Source of the DNA: Camelus ferus
Taxonomy: Eukaryota
Reading direction: 5' to 3'
DNA length: 64,000 nucleotides
Assembly (NCBI RefSeq): GCF_009834535.1
Contig: NC_045697.1
Location: forward strand, 91,266,001 to 91,330,000
The notes below the pieces were generated by a model. That model did not search any database. It saw only the letters and a list, made by a program, of their open reading frames with translations, and had not been told where the DNA came from. A program made the translations under genes and the position numbers. Positions 1-12,560 of this stretch are shown here, piece after piece (within the stretch, counting starts at the first letter, position 1; each line of letters opens with the position of its first letter).

Positions 1-479
1 GTAAGAATCATCTGTTGGGAGAGGTAGAGATTGTTTTTGGACTTATTTAGTTAGTCCCTTTTGCTTCTCAAAATAAACATCTTTGTGCTCAGTTAAAAAG
101 CTTTCCAAGATGTTCACAAGAGAGGAGGAAATTCTTGCCAAAAACTTAAGCCCAGCCAGACAGGGATATTGAAATTTTGCTGCCTGTGGAAGCACGTGGC
201 CAGGCAGGACTTTGGCACAAAAACAGTAATCTGTGATGGCAGTTGTAGACGTCTGGTGGCTCAGAGGCTGTGTTTGAGGGACCCAGGCAGAGTGTATCAG
301 GTCCGACAACTCCATTGACAGTTCCCATTCAGTTACAGTTCATAGCATACTCTTGTCTATTTACAGAACTTACAACTCGGCAATCCTTGGACCTTATGGT
401 TGGAGGAGTAGAGAGAAACACTTCTCTCACTCTTCTCACAGTTTTAGTTTTGCTTCCAATTTTGAGCAGTTGCAAAACG

Positions 480-700
480 CTTCAGAAGATTTAGGCCCAA
501 GAATCACGTCGGCAATTTTACAGTGTCGTGACCTTGGACAAGACACTCTCACCATGTCTGAGCTGCAACTTTCTCATCCATAAAATGGTGATAATAATTC
601 CTGCTCTACTTTCCTTATAAGAATGTTGTGAAGATCAAATAAAATAACATAAATGAAAACACTTTGTACATTAATAGGCGCTCTGTAAATACAACCTATT
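480..700 (+). mobile_element. MIR SINE remnant
   Basis: MIR core-like text 'gtgaccttggacaag...tttctcatccataaaatggtgataataat...gttgtgaagatcaaa'. Confidence 0.75.
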
Positions 701-824
701 TTTAATTATCAGGTGTCTCCTCTTCCCTGCTCTTTCCTTTACCTCGTCTGTTCTGTGTCCTTTAAGCATCTTCACGGTCTTTTCTTAGTCCAAGATTCTC
801 ACTGTGGTTAAAATTCAGGTTCTT

Positions 825-1773
825 TTTTTTTTTTTCTTTAGTTGAAGTATAGTCAGTTTACAATGTTGTGTCAATTTCTGGTGTACAGCATAATGTTTCA
901 GTTGTGTATATACATATACGTATTCCTTTTCATATTCTTTTTCATTATAGGTTACTACAAGATATTGAATACAGTTCCCTGTGCTATACAGTAGAAACTT
1001 GTTGTTTATCTATTTTATATACAGTAGTTAGTATCTGTAAATCTCAAACTCCCAATTTATCCCTTCCCATCCCTTTTCCCCCTGGTAATTGTAAGTTTGT
1101 TTTCTATGTCTTAGAGTCTCTATTTTGTAAATAAGTTCATTTGTGTAATTTTTTTTTTAAGATTCCACATATAGGTAATATCATATGGCATTTTTCTTTC
1201 TCTTTCTGGCTTACTTCACTTAATATGACAATCTCTAGTTTTATCCATGTTGCTGGAAATGATATTATTTTATTCTTTTTTATGACTGAGTAGTATTCTA
1301 TATATATATATATACACACACATATATATGTATATTACTTCTTTTAAAAATTTTTTTATTTTATTGAGTTATAGTCATTTTACAATGTTGTGTCAAATTC
1401 CAGTGTAGAGCACAACTTTTGAGTTATACATGAACATACATATATTCATTGTCACATACTTTTTCACCATGAGCTACCACAAGATCTTGTGTATATGTCC
1501 CTGTGCTATACAGTATAATCTTGTTTATCTGTTCTATATATACCTGTCAGTATCTACAAATTTCGAACTCCCAGTCTGTCCCTTCCCACCCCCCTCCCCC
1601 CTGGCAACCACAAGTTTGTATTCCATGTCTATGAGTCTGTTTCTGTTTTGTATATACTACACTTCTTTTCTTTATCCAGTCATCTGTTGATGGACATTTA
1701 AGTTGTTTCCATGTCTTGGCTATTGTAACTAGTGCTGCTGTGTACATTGGGGTGCATTTATCTTTTTGAATTA
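825..1773 (-). mobile_element. 5'-truncated L1 (ORF2 end + 3'UTR, artiodactyl/camelid type), interrupted by a second L1
   Basis: Poly-T at ~823-834 and L1 3'UTR text; the minus ORF 1547-1747 gives the L1 ORF2 C-terminus (AALVTIAKTWKQLKCPSTDDWIKK); TSD gttaaaattcaggttctt (807-824) vs gttaaagctcagcttctt (1774-1791), 15/18 identical. Confidence 0.9.
1346..1660 (-). mobile_element. Second L1 3' end nested in the first L1
   Basis: A new T-rich tail and a second copy of the L1 3'UTR start; flanked by acttctttt at 1337-1345 and 1661-1669. Confidence 0.8.
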
Positions 1774-2239
1774 GTTAAAGCTCAGCTTCTTAAACATGGA
1801 TGAGCTTGTTACCAATGAAGCAAACCTGCATCTACATGTCTTTGTAGCTCCCCATTCAGAGACAAATCTACAACTTTTAGTAGAACCTCATTCATTTTAG
1901 CGGTCATACATGGAACGCTTAATGACTTGGTGTCCTGTGTTAGGGATACAAAATTAAATGGGCAGGTCCAGCCGTCAAGGAACACACTATCAGATCCAAG
2001 CATCTCAGAACAGTCAAATAGACTAATCAGGTCTATGTAAGCTGCAGCTGAATCTTCTCTCTCAGCCTCTACTCCTTAAAGTCGAATCTGTCTGGACCAT
2101 TTGGGCCAAACTTTGACGTCCCTCAAACTGGCTGCTTTAGAGAAAGTAGGTAACTTTATTCAAGTCTTCTTGAAATTATTTTGCACATCCCTTTGTTTAG
2201 TGGCCCCATACCTCCCTCTTTTATTCCTAATTCAACACC

Positions 2240-2831
2240 TGATTCAATCCTGAGGTTCCACTAGTGCAGGAATTCCATATCAGGCAATGAGAACTGATTC
2301 CACTTGTATCCACATAGCTTAACTATCAGGACTGAGAACTAAGACCACCTGTGGCAACATGACTTACTATTTGTTCTAGGAAATTCTTGCCCAGGAAGAT
2401 AAACTTGTAGAGCAATAAATAATTTCATTGTTTGCATCAGGAAATTCCCCAAAACCAATTTATTTGAACAATGAATTGCTCATCAGAGCAAATGGCCTTG
2501 TTCTCAGGGTAATAGATTAACTACCTGGGCAAATGGTTCTCTTATCAAACAATTTGTTTATTTATCAAGACTTGCTTCAAGACCCTCTCTTAGCTGTGTC
2601 CAGTCCATCCCAAACTACTACATCATAAACTTTTCCTAGTCATAACCTGAGTCCCGCTTTAAAAGACCCATACCCTCAACCATATGCATTTCTGTCTCTG
2701 ACCTACCCTTCTGAGATATTCCTAGGACTCTGTCAAGGTGGTGTTCTCCCTCACTGCAGTAAGTTTAACAAGCTTAGCCATGCTTGATCAACAGATTATT
2801 CTGGTGGCTACCTGGGGAGTTTGCAATTGAC
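2240..2831 (+). mobile_element. ERV1-class solo LTR (MER34/MER39-like)
   Basis: 3' part 'ggactctgtcaaggtggtgttctccctcactgcagtaag...ttgatcaacag...tggtgg...ttgaca' resembles MER34-group LTR ends and finishes in CA; 5' boundary uncertain. Confidence 0.55.
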
Positions 2832-2889
2832 AACTTCATGCATTAATCAGCAAAGCAAGAGAAACAGAGGAATGAAAGTTTTTTTTTTC

Positions 2890-2920
<31 letters not shown>

Positions 2921-3806
2921 TACATCTGCCAGTTCTTTAAAAAAAAGAAAAGAAAAAATCTTTGTTGATGCTCCCTATTCTTATTATATGATTTGGAATC
3001 ATTTTTATTTTGAATTACCTATGAGATAGTACACCATAATTTTTTTATTGCTTGGAGCTTCTAGGGGGTTCCAGTCAGTCTTGGATACCTCTAAAGATCT
3101 TACTGTCACATAACACTCAAGTCTATCCATTGTATTTCCCTTATATGTTGGAAAGTGTTTAACTGGTTGTGTATACTAAAGTAATTGACTAATATTTCAG
3201 GAACTTAACTGAAAATCTTGAGAGGGGCTATATTGGAGCTAGTTCATTGTTCACACTAAGCAAAATGGCTTGTAATCTGGCTCCCTTAACAGTTTAAAAC
3301 CTGGAAGCTTATCAAAAATGTCACACATAGAAATGAGCACTTGTGGCACTTGTTTAAATTCATGAAATAGCAGTCATTTTAGAGAGAGGAGCTTGGTGAG
3401 TCAGAAGCCAATCGCACAGTTCCATTTGATCCCTGCCAAACCTCCCTATTCTGAGTTTATAAACTGAGAAAATTGAAACCAGTATAGCAATTCTGGTAGT
3501 TTTCAGGATCCATGATACTGTGGATCCTAATATCATGATACCATGGCCTATAAATTTTCTAAAACATTTTGGGCTTCAAAAGGAAATATTTAAATTCAGT
3601 ATCTGTCTTTTGATGACTTCAAAAGACTTATAATCCTCCTTATAAGTATGTATCCCATGGTAAATTGAGTCTTAATTTTTTTTTCCCTTGTGGATACCTT
3701 TTATTCAGGTTTATTTCAAAAAAATCTTAAAGGTTGTAATATTTTAAATTAGAGTATTTTGCATGCAGGAATTTAACATGGCCTCATTTCCTCAGCTGAG
3801 AAAACT

Positions 3807-4030
3807 AATATTTCTTGAGTCCTTATGTGCCCAGCAGAGACCAAGATGCTTTCAAATACACTGTATTGATTTTGACAACAACCCTGAGAGGTCTGTAATA
3901 ATCTCCCTATTTTAAAGCTGGTGAAGCCAAAGCTCAGAATTTAAATAGTTTATTAAAGACCTTGTGGGCAAGTGGTAGGGTCATGATGTAACCTAGGTCT
4001 ACCTGATTTCAAAGCCTAATCTCATTTTAA
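3807..4030 (-). mobile_element. MIR remnant
   Basis: 'acaacaaccctgagagg...ccctattttaaagctggtgaagccaaagctcaga' is an antisense MIR core. Confidence 0.7.
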
Positions 4031-5598
4031 TCTATCATTGGGATATCTTACCACAGTATCACAGACGTTAAGTTCTACCCATTTTTGAGTTGTCTTTGTC
4101 TTCCCATTCTATCATTAATAAGCAATAGTGAATGATATCACTTTCAAAGACTATATAGCAGTTTTTTAAAAACAGGAACCAAAGCTTAAATAATGTCTTT
4201 ATATACTGATTTGCTAATCAAGTTCCAGGATCTTACTTAGGCAAACAAATTGTTTTCCTAAGATGAAACTATGAACCAAACTTTATTCATGAATTTGCTA
4301 ATTTGTCTTCTCTATTTGGAACTATGACTCTCTCTTTCTGATATCTACATATCCATCTGAATGTATTTTTAAATATTTCACTTAAGGACATATTATATGT
4401 GTTCCTTATCTTATCAAGAAGTTACTTTTCTAATATTGAAGTTCTATTACATTTTATAAAATGATCAAATGGCAAAACATTATCTTTCAAAAATCCACTT
4501 GATTAACAACAATTCATATAGGAAACTGAAGCATCTTTATTTAAAAGAAGAAACACCTTTACTACTATATTCAGTACACTTTTTTAAACTAAGGATTCAA
4601 GATACTGAAGAGATGAAGTTGTATTGGACTATTTCTCTTTTTTAATGCCATTTAACAAGTTCTCTAAGTGATCAGAAGGGATTCTCGTCTGCTGCTTATT
4701 TTCATCCTATGCTTTTTCCCTCTTGGTCTGTTTTCTATCACTTCATTTTCCCTCCTTCTTACTTCTAAGGACACATATCACACCCTGAAAATGCTGCTTG
4801 CGCATCTCTATTCTGTTTATGACTAGGGTAATGTCATTTGCATTTTAATACTTCTCAGCAGCAGCAGTCATGACCAGACATTCCCCTCTTATTCCTCCTT
4901 TTTCCTTTCTACCTCTTATTCTTTATTTTTAAAGAGGGATGGCCGTAGCTGTGAGGAAAAAACCAAATACAAACCCTGACTATGCCACCAGTAGCGAGCT
5001 GGCAAGAATCCTGAAATGTGAAGCCAGTGAAAAGAACACAGCTCTTTTGGAAGAGAGGAGTTTCTGATTGGCCTGACTTCTTGAGAGAGGTTATAGCGAG
5101 TGTGGAAAACCTGACCTTTCTTGAAATGAGGAATGCCTTTTGGGGATTCCCCACACAAAGCAAATAAAGGCTCACCAGTCACCTGTGTGCTTCCACTCTG
5201 CATTCAGAGCAAGGCGGCAGTCTCTTGGTGATTCTTTGGTGGATTTCTTCTTACTATGGCAAAAAGCCTGAACTGATGACCTCCCAGATGTGTATTTAAA
5301 ATGATGTTTCTGAATGGATAAAATAACCTACCTGCCGTCTTCAACTCAGGGATAGCATAAACGCAAAGAAACCACCACTGGCTTCTTCATTTACAGGCTG
5401 GCACTCCAGTCTTTATTTAGTCTTCCCCATCTTCTTACCTTCTAAACTTTAAAAGTCTCAATAGTAAAAGTGATAAATGGCTTAAAGAAAAGCCAGGCTT
5501 TTGATGAGAGAAATAGGTGAGTTATCAAAGCCGTATATTTCTACTAGTAATAGTGATTTTGGAATTTAAAAAAAATTCACATTACTATCAAAATTGTC

Positions 5599-5820
5599 CA
5601 TTCATTTGTCAACCAGTATTTATTAAAAACCTACTATGTGCCAGGAACTCTTGGATGATGGGGGATATAGCAACATACAAGACAGACATGCTCTCATGTA
5701 GCTCATGAGATGGGCTCAGTGGGGGATGAGAAGGAGACAGTGAACAAGTAAAATATTGTCTTTCAGATAATAAAGACAATAAAACAAGGTGATGTAATAG
5801 GGAATGACTCTGGACTGACT
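5599..5820 (-). mobile_element. L2 3' end remnant
   Basis: 'cattcatttgtcaaccagtatttattaaaaacctactatgtgccagg' is a typical antisense L2 3' terminus. Confidence 0.7.
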
Positions 5821-6689
5821 ATTTGGGGTTGAGTCACATAGGTCACAGAGTCTCCATAAAGAGAAAATAGGGCAGGATTTCTTAGGCTTTGTGGAAAACT
5901 TTAAAACCTATCTATTCTACCTTACCTAAGGTATTTGCTTCACTTTATAGAGGAGAAAACATAGGTCCTGGAAATTTATCTACATTTATGGATGAGAAAA
6001 CTAAGACTAATAGAGGTTAAAGTCTTGTCACAAACAAGTGGCGCACAACTATCTCATACAGTGCCTGGGCAGATGTAGCCCTGTAGGCAATAGCTTGGCC
6101 ATCAGATAGCTCCTTTGTGCTTTATTAGAATACTGTGCCCTTTCCTCTGGGCAAATGTCCTTATACAGTGCACAGCTTACACAAATGTACATGCCATTCC
6201 TGTTCATGAAACTGGTGTGTCTGGAAACTAGAAGGAGACCCCCTTGTTTCTCTGACTGGGTAGAAGAACATCTAGGAACAGACAGGCTTTCCTTAGGGAG
6301 CATGCAGGTGACTGATGTCCCTTAGTTCTGCAAGTTAGGATGAATAACATTTTCTGGGGGAAGGATGTGGTGAAAATTTGGAGGACCTGTCAAAGGCAGG
6401 TAGGTCTTAACCCTTGATAAGCAGAGAATTTTGCTGAAAGAGATAAGGAAATAATCCTTAGAGAATTTTCCTAGGGAGGTAACTGAGCTCTCTTAACTAA
6501 AATTTAAAATCAGGGAAACCTATTAGTATGGACCAGAGTGTCCTAACTAAGGCTCTGTGTCAGATAAAAGCAGTAATATACCTGGTAAAACACTGGCTTG
6601 AGGTGTAAAAAGGTGGAACCAGAGAATATTGAAGTAGAAGGGAGAAAAGAAGTCAGTATTTGGGTCTATAGGTGGCAGATCCTACATTA

Positions 6690-7457
6690 TATCAGACAGG
6701 ATTAGGTTCATGTGCAAGTAAGAAAGACCTCAAGTACAGGCATACCTCGTTTTGTTGTGCTTTGTCTTACTGTGCTTTGCAGATAATTGGGTCTTTTTTT
6801 TTTTTTTAAACAAACTGTAGGTTTGTGGCAACTCTGCACTGTGAGATGATGGTTAGCAGTTTTTAGCAATTAACATATTTGTAAATTAAGGTATGTACAT
6901 TGTAATGCCATTGTACATTTAATAGACTACAGCATAGTGTAAACATAACTTTTACATGCGCTAGCAAACCAGAAAGTTCTTGTGGCTTGTCCTGCTGCTG
7001 CACTCACTTTGTGGTAGTGGTCTGGAGCCGCACCTGCAATATCTCCGAGGCGGGCGTACAGTGTTTTAAACTAGATAACTTATTTCTTTCATAAAAAAGG
7101 AAGTCTGAGGCTGAATAGTCTATGTCAGGGACCCAAGCTGCTTCTATCTTTTTGTTCTGCCATATTTAAATTTTATTCCCAAAGTAACATCATGGCTCAA
7201 GATGATATCCAGCATTCTAGGTAACACTAAGAAGGAAAAGGGACAAAGAAGTTGTGTGGCCTCCAGAGTTCCACTTGGCATGACTACTTCCATCTAACTG
7301 GCTAGAATGCAGTCATGTAGGTCTATGTGCAAGGGAAGCTGGGAAATGTAGTCTGTTAGCTGGTTGGCCATGTGCTCACCTAAACCCAGTCCTGCTTCTA
7401 AAAAAAAAAAAAGCGGAGAATCTATAAAATTGGAAGGCAGCCATTAGACTCTGCCAC
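6690..7457 (-). mobile_element. MaLR LTR (MLT1J/K-like), split by a Tigger1 derivative
   Basis: 'ggattaggttc...tggctagaatgcagtcatg...aagggaagctgggaaatgtagtc...ctctgccaca' matches old MLT1 motifs on both sides of the Tigger insert. Confidence 0.7.
6737..7056 (-). mobile_element. Internally deleted Tigger1 (TcMar) non-autonomous element
   Basis: Terminal inverted repeats caggcatacctcg ... cgaggcgggcg (degenerate), TA duplications at 6735-6736 and 7057-7058, and Tigger1 terminal text 'acctgcaatatctccgagg' and 'taatagactacagcatagtgtaaacataactttt'. Confidence 0.85.
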
Positions 7458-7544
7458 AACATCCAGACCCAGATCTCCTGTATCAGATTTGGTGATAGGC
7501 AGCGTCAGTGTGTGAGAACTGAAAGACCTGGTCATTAAGAGTTT

Positions 7545-7750
7545 TAATATTGGGGAACTGAGTCTACCACTTACTAGCCATTGGCCCTTGAGCAATTGGC
7601 ATACCTTCTTATAGCCTGAGATTCTTTATCTATTCGGAGAAAGAAGGAAATATCTAATGTAAAGGGTTTCCTGATGATTAAGAGGTAATATTGATGAAAA
7701 CAAAGCATCTAACAGTACCTGACATGTGACAGGCACTTAGTAAATATGAT
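7545..7750 (+). mobile_element. MIR remnant
   Basis: 'ctaccacttactagcc...cccttgagcaa...gcatctaacagtacctgacatg...cacttagtaaat'. Confidence 0.6.
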
Positions 7751-10199
7751 TTTCCATACTTTTATTTGTTATAGTTTCTCCAGCTCTGTTTACTGCAGCT
7801 CCTTATTTTTTAAAAAATTTTTGACTGTTTTGTTGTTGTTGTTTTTTTTTAGATCTTGAGATAAGCCTTTTTATTGCCTTCTCTCCCTGTCCCTTCCTCC
7901 ACTAATTCCAAACTATGTGCTCAGATTGCTGCTTATGCCTCAGAATTCCTACACAGTCGGGCTATCTAGAAAGGTCATTGCTGGGTGGCTTAGACATGAC
8001 CTGAATAAATGCCCCTTTCAGGGTGGGATAACCAAAGGACTGATAAATTGCAAGGCAGCCATGCAGTGATGGTCACAACCTTGATTGTATAGGTTTTGTC
8101 CTGCACAGAGCACTTGGACCAGGGCTCTAAAAGCAGCTAACATGTGGCCTGATGTCCTCTTGCATCAAATGGGAAAAGAGGGCTCTTTTCTAAAAGTCTT
8201 CTCTGAAGGGGCAATTCATATGCCTGCAGGGGCCCTACTTTCTGAATTTCACAACAGAATCTCCCCACCCCACCCCCTTTGCTGATTTCTTCCCTGCAGG
8301 CATTGTCTCCTGCCCATTCCCCCTCCTCCACTTCCTTGTCAAACCAAGTGTAAACTTCAGCCTTTCTCCTTACTTTAATGCCCTGGCCACCTTCCCTATT
8401 CTATATACCATCAAGAAACATAGGTTTCTATCTGCTTGTTCAGTGGGGACATTTCCCTGCTGCCTCCATTACCTATGAGTCTTAAGTATGCATAGTGGTC
8501 ACTGGCTGCAACTTTTTTCTTTGAGAAAGGGAAAGGCAAAAACTTTATGGCTTAAAAGTAGAAGTGTCAAGATGGTGTTACAATTATAGCACCAAAGTCT
8601 GGAGAAATGCCTCAGACATGGAAAGCATTAAAATATAGAAAGCTGGTTTTCTAAAATAGTTTTATGGCACTGATTTAAATGGTTTGGATTTTTCCCCTTT
8701 TCTTCTTAGGTTTATTTTAAAGTTTATTTTACTTTTGTCTTCTCTTTTGATTGTAATCAGTCATGTAAAAGACAAGTGGGAGAGACTCTGGGGAACGGTA
8801 GTTTTTAAATGATGATGAGATATCAAAGTGACTTTAGGAGGAAAAAAAAATTAAACTACAAGTACGATGACCCAGAAAAACTAGCTACATGCATGCAAGG
8901 AGGTGAAAAACTCCAGAGTTTAGGTTCAAGGCCATCTCCCATCGCTTAAGGGCTTGAAAACAACGAAGGAGAAAATTCCACAACCCCAAACAACAGCAAT
9001 ATAAAAACTGTCACCCAAAGTCTTTCTTCCCGGAGGAAAAATGTCAAGGATACTTCTGAGTTAATTGGACAAGCTAAGTGACTGTTCTTTTTAGATATCG
9101 CCTTCCTTTGAAAGGCTTGTGGGTTGACATCCCTAATCTAGTCTCTTCATGAAGACATTTTGTCTTCAGCAAAAATGTGTAGCAAGTCATATGTTATTTC
9201 TAATTCTTAATGTTTTTAGAGCTAATCTTTTGAGCTACCAGTAGTGTTGAGTCTTCTATTCTAGAGGATGCTAATGTTAAGAGTCACACGACCTTGAACC
9301 CTGTAACACTCTGAAAGTCTACTTGGGTGGGTACTTTGTTAGTGTCTATGGCTTCATGAAGAGCTTGGGGTATTTTTCTGTCTCGTTCCATCATCTTCTC
9401 ATTATATTAACGAATGCCACCCACAGTGAAAGTTACATTTTCCAAAATAAAGAAAGGAAAATAAGGTAAGATTCTAATAGTGGTAGCCATTTCTTTTGGC
9501 TTCATACCAGCACCTGCAACATATGTCATAGCATTTTCTGTTTCATATAAATACAGCCTCAAAAATTGCTCTTTTTGGTCCCACGCCTACATTGCAAAAA
9601 GATAAAAGTCAAAATTTTAGTTTAAAGTTCACTTTTTTTAAGTTTATGTAACCAACTTATGAGAGCTGGTATTATAACCAGAGATAATACAAGTAAAAAA
9701 GTCTAGTTATGGTATACTGGAAAAAGAGTAGCAGACAGATAAATGTAGAACGCAGCCTCAGTGACAAATGACTCTTTGAGCAGAAGTGTCAGGCAGTTCA
9801 CAAAGCATAAAGCAAGCACCAGGCAGAGGGCAGTCTTAATATGCATGTTGTTGTTTGAAAAGCCTACAGGGCATCAATCATTTCAGTTACAACACAGAGA
9901 TACATAATATGGGAAACCTCTTCTGTGATAGCACTTAACAGAAAGGAAAATTGACATGTGTATAAACAGAAAGATTTCAAAGACACCCCAAAATATACTA
10001 ATTTGGGTGATATGGCATTAGGTCTTGAAGGAAAGATAATGGGCCACAGAGATCATCTGTTTATTCATTCATTTAGCAAAGATTTATGGAGTATCTACTA
10101 AGTTCCAGGCACTAGTGTGTCCTGGGACCACAAAGATAAAGAAAATATGGTCCCTGTGCTGTAAATCTCAGGTTTCATTAAACAAATGCTATCTACATA

Positions 10200-10685
10200 T
10201 ACTCAACAGACATGCATTTCTAGGTACACCAAAAGATAGTATGAGAATTTCATAACAGCTCAGTTTGTAATTAATTTTCCAAACTGGAAAGAACCCTAAT
10301 TCCCATCAACACGAGAATGGATTATCTATGGGTTATTCATACAACAAAATACTATTCAGAAATGACAATCATAGCACCTGCAACAATATGGGTAAATTTT
10401 ATAAGCAATATTGAGCAAAAGAAGGTAGATACAAAAAAAGTCATACTGCATGATTCCATTTATGAAAGTTGAAAATGCAAAAATAAAATGTGGCAAAAGA
10501 GCACCGAATAGGGCTTACAGTGAGATTGTGGTAATTGAAATTGGTGGTATACAAGGGGGACTGCTGGGCAATGTTTTGTTTTCTGATCTGGGTGTTGGGT
10601 ACAGAACTGTGATCAATTTTGTGAAAAAAAAATTTTTGGTCTATACGCTTATGTGCATATTTGCACATTTCTAGTAAAAAGTAGA
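10200..10685 (+). mobile_element. Old L1 (L1ME-like) 3' end
   Basis: 'aaactggaaagaaccctaa...catactgcatgattccatttatgaaagtt...tgttttgttttctgatctgggtg'. Confidence 0.65.
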
Positions 10686-10724
10686 ATGAAGAAGAAATGC
10701 CAGATGTTTTAAGGGCTTTATCTT

Positions 10725-10870
10725 TTGTTTTGTTATGTTTTGACTTTTGGAGGGGAGGTAATTAGGTTTATTTATTATTATTATTTTATTTAACTAGAGG
10801 TACTGGGATCAAACCCATGACTTTCATGCATGCTAAGCATACACACTCTACCACTGAGCTATGCCATCCC
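10725..10870 (-). mobile_element. Camelid Vic-1-like tRNA-derived SINE
   Basis: Reverse complement reads gggatggcatagctcagtggtagag...gggtttgatcccagtacctc...aataaacctaattacctcccc plus an A-rich tail; TSD aagggctttatctt (10711-10724) / aagggctatgtctt (10873-10886). Confidence 0.85.
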
Positions 10871-11904
10871 TCAAGGGCTATGTCTTACTGTATATCAATT
10901 ATTGGGAGTATTTTAATCCTAAAATCTATCCTTGGCCTCGCTATGACTTGCCTCAGTTTTCCCATGCTGGGCCTCTGTTCAAAAAAGAATGGGCGTTTGG
11001 AGATATATTATTGGAGATGTCATTAAAGATCTTTAAAGAGTTACTGCTTTTCTTCCAATTCTGAAAAAAAATTAACCACATTTTGGCTCACTAATAATTT
11101 AACAGCTACTCTAGAATATTTAGAATTCTGCTAAAAGTGTACCCTAAAAGCAAATTAGTACAGAAAAACTTGGCTAATATTTTTTAAATTAAGTTTAGAT
11201 CTCAAATTAAATAGTTATTTGATGTTGGCCTTCTTCATATTAAAAAACCTATGAAGAAGGCTTTGTTAGGATTTTAGACTCTGAGAGATCTCTTTTGGGT
11301 ACAAGAAAGTCACATCCCTGCCAACTGCTGTTCAGTAGCTTTTGCTTGCTTATATGTCGGAGGCTCTAGAAGAAACCAAAATTTGTCATTGAATTCTTTT
11401 GTACTGTTGGGGAGAGCATCATAATTCATGTTTGCCCATGGCTAGGGCCTTGAGTTGACACTTTGTTCATTTTAAATGATAAAACTCAGAATTTCCACAG
11501 TGCTTTTTCAACTGAGTCCATAAGTGTGTTCACAGAATGAAACGTACTTTCCTGGGTATTCTGGTGGTATAAGAACTACTTCTGTTTCATCTAAGTGACC
11601 CAGCTTGGGGACTCACACGGTGTTTAATTTATAAATGGTATTTCATAAAGCACAGGAAAGCTAGAAAACATTGAGTTACAGAAACAGCAAATAAGCAGGA
11701 AATAAACAGTCCTTCAACAATAGTGAATTATGACACAAAAGCAATGCTGGAATAAGCCTAAATCATGGCTGCATGTGCCCTTTAAGTGCTACTACAGTGT
11801 TTGCCTTAAAATAGGATGAAAATTTCTCAGCTGTGCATCCCAAGGAGCAGGTGGGCTTACACTAACATATCCCCCCAGATGCCCCAAAGCATCCATTAAA
11901 AAAT

Positions 11905-12560
11905 GTTTAATTATGGAAATTTTAAAACATACACAGAAGTAGAAAAGCGTAACGAACTGCCATGTATCACTTATGCAGTTTCAACAAAAACTAACACTTT
12001 ATCAATCTTGTTTCATCTCCCTCCACCTCACATACTTTTCTTCTTTCTCTCCTTTCTTTCTTTCCTCCCTCCCTTCCTTCTTTTCCTTTTTATTTTCTTG
12101 AAAAGTTTTAGAGAAAATCTCAGATATCATGTCATTTCCAAATACTTTAATAAACATCTCTAACAAGACTTAGAAAAAAACCCCAGTATACCATTATCAT
12201 ACCTAACAAAATTGTGAATACTTTCTTAATATCTAATGCCCAGGTGTTTTCAAATTTCCCTTTCTGTCTCAGAGATGGATTTTCTAGTTGTTTTGCTTGA
12301 ATTATGCCATAAAAATTGTCCAAACAATACATTTGTTTGCTCTGGTTCTTAAGTCCCCTTTATTCTACAAGGGCCTCCCCCTTCCCATTTCCCTCACCTT
12401 ATGCATTGATTTGTTATAGAAGCTGGCTCATTTTTTTCTGTGGCATGTCTCCCGCTTCTGGATTCAGATGATGGTTTCCTTGCAGTTATTTAACTTATTC
12501 CTCTACCCCCTATAAATGGTAGTTAAGCCTAGAGGTTAATCCGACTCAGGGTCAATTTTT
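11905..12560 (-). mobile_element. Old L1 (L1MC-like) 3' end
   Basis: 'tttaattatggaaattttaaaacatacacagaagtagaa...ccattatcatacctaacaaaatt...' is antisense L1MC 3'UTR-like. Confidence 0.65.

Noticed and set aside
5272..5320. Hammerhead ribozyme core (CTGATGA; also at 22811, 37062, 51381)
   Set aside because: No stem II/GAAA geometry follows any occurrence
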